Shown piece by piece: positions 56,919-64,000 of a stretch of DNA of 64,000 bases. Position numbers and translations under genes: made by a program. The DNA comes from Candidatus Sumerlaeaceae bacterium (GTDB lineage Bacteria; Sumerlaeota; Sumerlaeia; Sumerlaeales; Sumerlaeaceae). The stretch spans positions 10,420-74,419 of the forward strand of contig JAIBAT010000028.1 in the NCBI GenBank assembly GCA_019695055.1, given 5' to 3'. The notes below the pieces were generated by a model. The model was not told the DNA's origin, made no database searches, and saw only the letters and a program-made list of their open reading frames with translations. Positions within the stretch are counted from its first letter, which is position 1; the number at the start of each line of letters is the position of its first letter.

Positions 56919-58331
56919 CTATTTCGCAGAGTCCCGGGCGGCCGCCTCGGCTTCGTTCACCGGGGCAAGGATGCGGGCAGCCATCTTCTTCTCAATGCTG
57001 GCAAGCGCGTCCTTCGTGCTGCGATTGCCCTGCAACACAAGATTGATTTCGGGGTTCACAATGTCCACCTCCAGGGTTCCGCCAAAGGGCAACGGCGGCA
57101 GCGGGCGCGCCAGGTTCACCTGTTCGATGAAGGTGGGAACCTCGGGAAACTTGGACAGGTCGAGATTTTTCTGAGCGGCGACACAAATGGGGATCTGTCC
57201 CAACTTCTCAGCCCAGCCGCGCTGAACCTTTTCGCTGGAGAAGAATCGCGCAAACTCAAAGCAGACCTCCGGGTGCTTGGAAGCCGAAACCACCATGAGG
57301 TTCTGCCCTCCGATGTTGCCCGAGGAGAGGTGCTGCGCGGCCGTGGAATTATCGTCGGCGTCCGGGGGGACGAGGCCAAGGCGCTTTGCTTCTTCCAGTG
57401 GCACCCTCGGCACCAGTGCCACACCAAAGTCGAGCTTGCTGGCGCGGAAGTTCTCGATCATCCATGGCCCAATCAAAATCATGGCATATTTCTGGTTTAG
57501 GAAGCCCTGCCCGGGATCAAGCTGCCCCTCGCGCCAGGCACCGGCCTCAACCTTGTCCTTCAGGAAGAAATTCACGTTGCGGTTTACCGCTGCCTCAGTG
57601 CGCGGGTTGGAGAGATTCGGCACGAGCACGCCGTTCTCGTCGCGCCGCACGAGACTCACACCATACTGGTTCATGATGGGCATGGAAAACCAGAGGGAAT
57701 TGGTGAGCCCGTAGGCGAACAGACCCTTTTCGGGCTGAGTGAGAATTTTTCCATAGCGAATGAACTCATCCCAGTCGCGTGGCGGACGCTCGGGGTCGAG
57801 ACCCGCGGCTTTGAGTTCTGTCGCGCGGTCGCGAAACATCTTCTTGTTCCAGAAAAGCGCGAGTGTGGTGGTCTGCGCCGGGAGACCATAAAGATGTTTT
57901 TTGCCGCCGAATTCCACGACGTTAGTGTCAAAGGCGCCAGGCACGTATTCCTTGCGCAGCTCTTCGATGCCGTTGGGGGGGAAGTTCTTCAAGGTATCAA
58001 GAGGTCGGGCCACCTGTCCGTAGACCAGTGAAACCATGGAATTTGCATCCACAAAAGCCATGTCGGGTGTGATGTGGGCCAAGGCCGCCGTCTTCATGCG
58101 CTTAACCATGTCGTCAAAGGAAACCTGCTGGACCGCTATCTCGATCCTGGGTGTATGGGAAGCATTCCAGGACTTGGTGAATTCCTCCACGTTGGCGGTC
58201 AGTTCCCCGACCTCGCTGTACTTAAAACCCTGCCACAGAACGAGACGAATGGTGCCCTCTTCCGCTGCGACAGCGAGTGAGGCAAGTGCCAATAGCACGC
58301 CGAGGGAAAGGGAGCGCAGATAAATTCGCAT
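56919..58331 (-). CDS. ABC transporter substrate-binding protein, family 1 (carbohydrate, MalE-like)
   Basis: Start at ATG 58329-58331 (MRIYLRSLSLGVLLALASLAVAAEE signal; TAATG overlap with the permease stop); SBP_bac_1-like length and composition. Confidence 0.8.
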   Translation of the reverse strand: MRIYLRSLSLGVLLALASLAVAAEEGTIRLVLWQGFKYSEVGELTANVEEFTKSWNASHTPRIEIAVQQVSFDDMVKRMKTAALAHITPDMAFVDANSMVSLVYGQVARPLDTLKNFPPNGIEELRKEYVPGAFDTNVVEFGGKKHLYGLPAQTTTLALFWNKKMFRDRATELKAAGLDPERPPRDWDEFIRYGKILTQPEKGLFAYGLTNSLWFSMPIMNQYGVSLVRRDENGVLVPNLSNPRTEAAVNRNVNFFLKDKVEAGAWREGQLDPGQGFLNQKYAMILIGPWMIENFRASKLDFGVALVPRVPLEEAKRLGLVPPDADDNSTAAQHLSSGNIGGQNLMVVSASKHPEVCFEFARFFSSEKVQRGWAEKLGQIPICVAAQKNLDLSKFPEVPTFIEQVNLARPLPPLPFGGTLEVDIVNPEINLVLQGNRSTKDALASIEKKMAARILAPVNEAEAAARDSAK

Positions 58332-59188
58332 TATTCCTTCACGCCCCCGGCGATGAGGCCTTGCATAAAGAATCGCTGCGTAAACAGGAGCAGCGCGCAT
58401 ACGGGGAGAATCGAGAAGCACGCACCGGCCATCATGCGCTCCCACTCGAGGGAGTACTGGCCTTTGAAGTAGCTGAGGCCCACGGGAAGAGTGATCTTGA
58501 AGGAATCAGGTGTGTTCACGATCAGCTGCCAGAGGAAGTTTGACCACTGCCCTACGAAGGTGAGCAGGAAAAGCGTGATCATAATGGGGACCGACAGCGG
58601 CACAATGACGCGCCAGAAGATGGAAATCTCCCCCGCGCCATCAACTGTAGCGGCTTCGATGAGACTGTCTGGCAATTGGCGGATGTGCTGGCGCAGAAGG
58701 AACAAGCCAAAGATATTTGCGGCATGTGGCACGATCATTCCGGTGAAGGTGTTCATCCAGCCGAGCTTCGCCGTGATGGCGAACTGCGGCACCATGAAAA
58801 TGAGGCCTGGCACCAGCATGACGGCAATAAGCATTCCGAAGAGTTGGTCGCGAAGCGGGAAGCGTTTCTTGGCAAAGCCATAGCCGCCCATGGTGCAAAT
58901 GAGGACCGTGAGCGCCCCGCAACCCGACGCGACAATAAGACTATTCATGATAAAGCGGCTGAACGGAAAGCTCGGGTCGTTGAGAACGGACATAAAATTA
59001 TCGAACGTATACAGCGCCTCACCGGCGTGGGGAATGAAGCGCAGTTCGAGGCCATGGCCCTTGGCTTTCAGGGCGGTAAGCACCATCCACATCAATGGCA
59101 GCTGGACAACGAACAATATGGGAACCAGAATGGCGTAGTTAATCGCCCACTGGCGGAGGCGAACGTCGCGGCGGATTTCCGTGGCCAT
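58331..59188 (-). CDS. Carbohydrate ABC transporter permease (MalG-like)
   Basis: 6 TM with EAA loop (…ATVDGAGEISIFWRVIVPLSVP…). Confidence 0.85.
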   Translation of the reverse strand: MATEIRRDVRLRQWAINYAILVPILFVVQLPLMWMVLTALKAKGHGLELRFIPHAGEALYTFDNFMSVLNDPSFPFSRFIMNSLIVASGCGALTVLICTMGGYGFAKKRFPLRDQLFGMLIAVMLVPGLIFMVPQFAITAKLGWMNTFTGMIVPHAANIFGLFLLRQHIRQLPDSLIEAATVDGAGEISIFWRVIVPLSVPIMITLFLLTFVGQWSNFLWQLIVNTPDSFKITLPVGLSYFKGQYSLEWERMMAGACFSILPVCALLLFTQRFFMQGLIAGGVKE

Positions 59189-60153
59189 CAGGCTGTATTG
59201 TCCTTTCCGAGGAACCGGAAGTTCACCCACGCAATGATGAGCGCAAAGCCAAGCAGGATAAACGACATGGCGGCCGCGCTGCCGTAATAGGATTCGTCAA
59301 AGAGGCGGAACAGGTGAAATCCGGAGACGCGGGCCGACTGAACCGTGCTGCCAAAAAACGAGAACGCAGGGCCGCCGCCAGCTTTTGTGAGGGCATAGAA
59401 TTCCGAGAATGCATTCAAGGCGCCCACAAGACCAGTAACCATCTGGAACAGAATCATGGGGCGCAGCAGAGGGATGGTGACACGGAAGAGCTTCTGCCTC
59501 GGCGAGGCGCCGTCAATGTCAGCCGCCTCGAAAATGGATTCCGGAATATTATTAAGCGCCGTGAGGAAGAGGATCATCCCGAAACCCATCCCCTTGAGCA
59601 CCATGGCAAACGCTATACTGGGGAGAACCGAGATCGGGTTATCTACAAACCCGTTCTTTGTGAACCAGTCGATGCCCAGGGACCGGAACAGCCATGCAAA
59701 TGGGCCCGATTGCGGGTTATACAGCAACAGCCAGATGATCCCGACGACAAAGACATCGAACACATGGGGCAGAAAGAACGCCGAGCGAAAAGCCCGGTAT
59801 CCCGGCAGCTTGCTGTGCAGCATCAGCGCGAGCCAAAGCGACGCCGCCACGGTGGTCGGAATCAGGAGCAATGCGTAAATGCCGGTTGCCAGGACCGAAT
59901 ACCAAAAGACGGGGTCTGTCACCAGCCTTCGATAATTCTCAAAACCCACGTACTTCATCTGGCCGAACTGATCGAACCAGCTCGTGTAGAGCGTCGTTTC
60001 GCGCAGGCTCAGATAGAGCGAATAGGCGATGGGAAACAGCAGAAACACGGCCGCCACGAGAACAAACGGGGACACGAAAAAAATCCCCCAGAACATTTCC
60101 CGCGGTGAGAAACGCGCCGGGGCCGGAACTGGCGCTGGTGTATTTTGAGCCAT
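59188..60153 (-). CDS. Carbohydrate ABC transporter permease (MalF-like)
   Basis: 6 TM, EAA loop (EAADIDGASPRQKLFRVTIPLLRPM). Confidence 0.85.
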   Translation of the reverse strand: MAQNTPAPVPAPARFSPREMFWGIFFVSPFVLVAAVFLLFPIAYSLYLSLRETTLYTSWFDQFGQMKYVGFENYRRLVTDPVFWYSVLATGIYALLLIPTTVAASLWLALMLHSKLPGYRAFRSAFFLPHVFDVFVVGIIWLLLYNPQSGPFAWLFRSLGIDWFTKNGFVDNPISVLPSIAFAMVLKGMGFGMILFLTALNNIPESIFEAADIDGASPRQKLFRVTIPLLRPMILFQMVTGLVGALNAFSEFYALTKAGGGPAFSFFGSTVQSARVSGFHLFRLFDESYYGSAAAMSFILLGFALIIAWVNFRFLGKDNTA

Positions 60154-60156
60154 CTG

Positions 60157-60182
60157 CGCGATTTGTATCGGTACAAATCGCG
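60157..60182. promoter_or_regulatory. Perfect 11-bp inverted repeat (CGCGATTTGTA-tcgg-TACAAATCGCG) 4 bp upstream of the sugar-ABC operon start codon: operator or RBS-occluding hairpin
   Basis: Read directly; lies over the expected RBS of the minus-strand permease gene starting at 60153. Confidence 0.4.
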
Positions 60183-60262
60183 GGATTTCAATGAAAAGTC
60201 GCTTGGACTGGAGATTAGCCCGTGTCGCTGGACTTACGAGCGTGTCAGCCTAGTACCACCTT

Positions 60263-61543
60263 CTAGAAGCCGAGGAAAGTCGCCTCGAAGTTTTCCAGAA
60301 TCTCCACGACGCGGACCAAGAACCGCGCGCCGTCTGCGCCGTCGATGATCCGGTGGTCGTAGGCCAGCACCACGGGGAGCATCATGCGGGCCACGACGCT
60401 GCCATCCTCGGCAAACACGGGTTTCTTTACCGCGCGGCCCACACCCAGGATCGCCACCTCGGGAGTATTGACGATCGGGTTAAAATGTCCGCCACCAATG
60501 CCACCAAGGTTTGAGATCGTGAACGTGCCGCCGCGTAGTTCCTCGACTCCAACCTTGCGATCGCGGGTGCGCTCGGCGAGGTCGTTGAGTTCGACGGACA
60601 ACTGCACTATGGGCTTCTGGTCCACATTCTGCAGGACTGGAACCACGAGCCCGGCCGGCGTGTCCACGGCAACGCCGATGTTGTAATAGTCCTTAAAGAT
60701 CACCTGCCCGCCCGCTGCGTCGAAGGTCGCATTGAATCGGGGGAACTCCTTGAGGGCAATGACCACGGCCTTGACCAGGAACGGAGTCAGCGTCAGCGCG
60801 CCACCCTTCTCCTTGACGCGCTCCTTGTAGCGCTTCTGCACAGCCACCAGCTCGGTAATGTCGGCCTCGTGGGAATGGTGCACGTGCGGCACAGTGGCCC
60901 AGGCAGTCGCCATCTTTTCCGAAATCTTGCGGCGCAGCGAGTCGATCTTCTCGGTGCGAATGGGACCCCACTTAGAAAAATCGGGCAGCTCAACAGGCGC
61001 AAACATGGGTCCGCCACCGCCGCCACTCTGGCGGGCAATGTGCTGGCGGATAAATGCATCCATGTCCTCGACGGTGATGCGACCACCACGGCCACTGCCG
61101 GGAACCAGCGAGAGATCCACGCCCAATTCGCGGGCCATGCGGCGCACCGTGGGCCCGGCGGGAACAGGTCCGCCATTTCGTCGTGCAACGGCTGCAGGCG
61201 CGGCCGGAGCCGTGGCAGGCGCCGCAGCGGTCTTTGCCGGTGCCGGGGTTGGTGTCGCGGAGGGAGCGACCGTTGCAGGTCCATGCGCGCTTGCGCCGAC
61301 CTTGGCGGCTTCCTCCACCTCGATGAGCGTAGCGCCCACCTTGATGTTGTCGCCCGCCTTCACCAGAACCTTTGTCACCTTGCCGGAGGCCGACGAGGGA
61401 ATTGGAATGGTTGCCTTTTCCGACTCCAGTTCGATGACGGTGTCGCCATCCGCAATGACGTCGCCCACCTTCACCGCCACGCTGGCGACATCGCCCTTAT
61501 CCACACCTTCCGCCGGTATCGGCAGTTTGACTTCCGTTGCCAT
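60263..61543 (-). CDS. aceF: Dihydrolipoamide acetyltransferase, E2 component of pyruvate dehydrogenase
   Basis: N-terminal lipoyl domain (VIELESEKATIPIPS), Ala/Pro linker, E3-binding domain, C-terminal catalytic LAYDHRIIDGADGARFL. Confidence 0.9.
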   Translation of the reverse strand: MATEVKLPIPAEGVDKGDVASVAVKVGDVIADGDTVIELESEKATIPIPSSASGKVTKVLVKAGDNIKVGATLIEVEEAAKVGASAHGPATVAPSATPTPAPAKTAAAPATAPAAPAAVARRNGGPVPAGPTVRRMARELGVDLSLVPGSGRGGRITVEDMDAFIRQHIARQSGGGGGPMFAPVELPDFSKWGPIRTEKIDSLRRKISEKMATAWATVPHVHHSHEADITELVAVQKRYKERVKEKGGALTLTPFLVKAVVIALKEFPRFNATFDAAGGQVIFKDYYNIGVAVDTPAGLVVPVLQNVDQKPIVQLSVELNDLAERTRDRKVGVEELRGGTFTISNLGGIGGGHFNPIVNTPEVAILGVGRAVKKPVFAEDGSVVARMMLPVVLAYDHRIIDGADGARFLVRVVEILENFEATFLGF

Positions 61544-61586
61544 GGAACTCCCTTTTTCCCAATGTCGCGCCGTTCAGGCGCGAAAA

Positions 61587-64000
61587 TCACACAAACAGCG
61601 AAAAATCCTTTTCCGGGTCGACGCCCAGATCCTCGATGGCCTTCTTGACCGTCGCGGCCTTTACCTCACCCGTGTCGGCAAGCCGGCTCAGGACCGCCAC
61701 CACGACGTGCGCAGCATCGGTCTCAAAGAACTCGCGCAGCTCCTCGCGCGATGAACTGCGCCCGAAGCCGTCCGTCCCAAGGGTCATCAGTCCGCCAGGT
61801 ACCCACTTGCCGATCTGGTCGGGTACGCTGCGCATGCTTTCGCTGACGGCCACAAACACGCCCTCGACCTTTTCGAGGGTCTTCTCCAGGTAGCTCTTCT
61901 TTCTGGCCTTTGCGCCGGGGTGCAGCATGTTCCACCGCTCGGCTTCGAGGGCTCCGTAGCGAAGCTGCTTGTAACTTGTCGCGCTCCAGACGTCGGCGCC
62001 GACGTCATACTTCTCGGCGAGAATCTCCTGAGCCTTCAGCGCGGCAAGCATGGCGCTGGAATCGCCGAGAATGTTCGCGCGGGGTCGCAGCTTCTTGTCG
62101 GCGGCCTTGAACTTGTAAAGGCCTTCAATGACTCCATCCTCGACGCCCGCGGGCATCACTGGTTGCACATAGTTCTCGTTGCCCAGCGTGATATAGTAAA
62201 CCAGGTCGTCCTGCTTCTCGAACATGCGCTTCATACCGTCCTGGATGATGAGCGCCAGCTCATAGCCAAAGGCCGGGTGGTACGCCTTAAAGTTTGGAAT
62301 GGTGGAGGCCAGCAGGTGGCTGTGGCCGTCCTGGTGCTGCAGGCCCTCGCCGTTCAGCGTCGTGCGGCCCGCCGTGGCACCCAGCAGGAACCCGCGCGCG
62401 CGAATGTCCCCCGCCAGCCACATCTGGTCGCCCACGCGCTGGAACCCGAACATCGAGTAGTAGATGAAGAAGGGCATCATCGTGATGCCAAGAGAGGCGT
62501 AGGCTGTGCCGGCGGCAATGAAGCTCGCCATGCTGCCCGCCTCGGTGATTCCCTCTTCCAGTAACTGCCCGTTCTTCTTTTCCAGGTAGTAGGCGACCTG
62601 ATCCTTGTCCACCGGTTCGTAAAGCTGTCCAACGTGGGAGTAAATGCCGTACTGGCGGAAGAGCGTCTCGAGGCCGAAGGTGCGCGCTTCGTCCGGGATG
62701 ATCGGGACGATCTGCTTGCCAAACTCCTTGTTGGCCATGAGCGAGCTGAAGATGCGCTCGAAGGCCATCGTCGTGGAGGCGGCCTTGTCGCCGCTGCCCT
62801 CGTAGAAGGCCTTGAAGTAATCCCGTCCAGGCATCTTGAGGGGCGGCGCCGTCGCCACGCGCTTGGGCACATGGCCGCCCAAGGCCTTGCGGCGTTCCTG
62901 GATGTACTTGTGCTCGGGGCTGCTTGCCGGAAACTTGTAGAATGGCAGGTCCTTGATCTCGCCATCCGGCACCGGAATGTTGAACCGGTCCCGAAACGCC
63001 CGCAACTCCTCGTCGTTGTACTTCTTCTTCTGGTGGGTGATGTTCTTGCCTTCGCCCGACTCGCCGAGGCCGTAGCCCTTGATGGTTTTGGCAAGGATCA
63101 CCGTAGGCTGCCCCTTGTGCTCGGTGGCAAACTTGTAAGCCGTGTAAACCTTTTGCGGATCGAGGCCGCCGCGCTTGAGCGTCGGCATGCGATTGTCGGG
63201 AATGTCGGCAACCATGGCCGCCAGCTCGGGGTACTTCCCGAAGAAGTGCTTGCGCACATACTCCAGGCCTGCGGCGGAATACTTCTGGTACTCGCCGTCC
63301 ACCACCTCGTTCATTCGCCGCACCAGCCAGCCGCCGTGCTCCTTGTCCTGGGAAAGCAGGTTGTCCCACGCCGAGCCCCAGATGACCTTGATGACATTCC
63401 AGCCGGCGCCGTGGAAGGCCGCTTCCAACTCCTGTATGATCTTGGAGTTTCCGCGAACCGGTCCGTCGAGTCGCTGCAGGTTACAATTGACGACCCAGGT
63501 CAGGTTGTCGAGTTGCTCGCGGGCCGCGAGAGTAATTGCCCCGAGCGATTCCGGTTCGTCCGTCTCGCCATCGCCGAGAAACGCCCAGACACGGCTGTTG
63601 CTCGTGTCAACAAGCCCGCGGTCATGGACGTAGCGATTAAACCGCGCCTGATAAATCGAGTTGATGGGCCCGAGGCCCATGGAAACTGTCGGGAATTGCC
63701 AGAAATCCGGCATCAGCCACGGGTGCGGGTAGCTGCAGAGGCCGCCACCGGACCGCAATTCGCGCCGGAAATTGTGGAGTAGCTTGGCGGGTATCCGCCC
63801 CTCCACATAGGCCCGGGAATACATTCCGGGTGAGGCGTGACCCTGGAAATAGATCAGGTCGCCAAGCTGCTTGTCCGTCCGGCCCTTGAAGAAGTGGTTA
63901 TAACCCACCTCATAGAGGGTCGCGGCGCTGGCGTAGGTCGAAATGTGGCCACCGGGCTCGGCCTTGTCGCGGTTTGCCTTCACGACCATGGCCATGGCGT
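61587..64000 (-). CDS. aceE: Pyruvate dehydrogenase E1 component, homodimeric type (AceE); N-terminus beyond window end
   Basis: 802 aa visible of about 890; ThDP-dependent transketolase-like motifs (…GDGETDEPESLGAITLAAREQLDNLTWVVNCNLQRLDGPVRGN…); reading frame open to position 64000. Confidence 0.9.
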   Translation of the reverse strand, partial: AMAMVVKANRDKAEPGGHISTYASAATLYEVGYNHFFKGRTDKQLGDLIYFQGHASPGMYSRAYVEGRIPAKLLHNFRRELRSGGGLCSYPHPWLMPDFWQFPTVSMGLGPINSIYQARFNRYVHDRGLVDTSNSRVWAFLGDGETDEPESLGAITLAAREQLDNLTWVVNCNLQRLDGPVRGNSKIIQELEAAFHGAGWNVIKVIWGSAWDNLLSQDKEHGGWLVRRMNEVVDGEYQKYSAAGLEYVRKHFFGKYPELAAMVADIPDNRMPTLKRGGLDPQKVYTAYKFATEHKGQPTVILAKTIKGYGLGESGEGKNITHQKKKYNDEELRAFRDRFNIPVPDGEIKDLPFYKFPASSPEHKYIQERRKALGGHVPKRVATAPPLKMPGRDYFKAFYEGSGDKAASTTMAFERIFSSLMANKEFGKQIVPIIPDEARTFGLETLFRQYGIYSHVGQLYEPVDKDQVAYYLEKKNGQLLEEGITEAGSMASFIAAGTAYASLGITMMPFFIYYSMFGFQRVGDQMWLAGDIRARGFLLGATAGRTTLNGEGLQHQDGHSHLLASTIPNFKAYHPAFGYELALIIQDGMKRMFEKQDDLVYYITLGNENYVQPVMPAGVEDGVIEGLYKFKAADKKLRPRANILGDSSAMLAALKAQEILAEKYDVGADVWSATSYKQLRYGALEAERWNMLHPGAKARKKSYLEKTLEKVEGVFVAVSESMRSVPDQIGKWVPGGLMTLGTDGFGRSSSREELREFFETDAAHVVVAVLSRLADTGEVKAATVKKAIEDLGVDPEKDFSLFV

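Overview
High-GC (about 62%) bacterial chromosomal segment. The gene content points to the PVC superphylum (Verrucomicrobiota or Planctomycetota), based on several 'prepilin-type N-terminal cleavage/methylation' proteins and a GldA/F/G-type ABC cluster. Most of the window is ordinary chromosome. It holds a type II secretion / type IV pilus-like operon (pseudopilins, GspE, GspF) at 1.2-6.7 kb, and a separate ExeA/ExeB (GspA/GspB) pair at 28.5-31.1 kb. Housekeeping genes include pheS, mazG, a futalosine-pathway radical SAM enzyme, hisG, hisB, ruvA, prolyl oligopeptidase, pfk, rfbA, and pyruvate dehydrogenase E1/E2. There is also an RND efflux pair, a sugar ABC importer, and a GldA/F/G + DUF4340 cluster. 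Two stretches stand out as accessory. The first is a low-GC segment of about 6 kb (19.5-26.2 kb). It carries a 1.4-kb ORF-free leader with two tandem-repeat arrays and an 84-bp repeat element. It is followed by a cytoplasmic hybrid REC-PAS histidine kinase, a LuxR-type regulator and a 900-aa FG-GAP beta-propeller protein. The second is a low-GC islet of about 2.2 kb (34.3-36.55 kb) with a DUF3800 gene and a secreted hypothetical. It is bracketed by a second copy of the 84-bp element and a 21-bp partial copy. A response regulator whose C-terminal domain carries an Rx4H (HEPN-like) motif lies at 26.9-28.2 kb. No rRNA, tRNA or CRISPR array was recognised. All protein calls rest on translating the DNA and recognising family motifs by eye. 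No database search was run.
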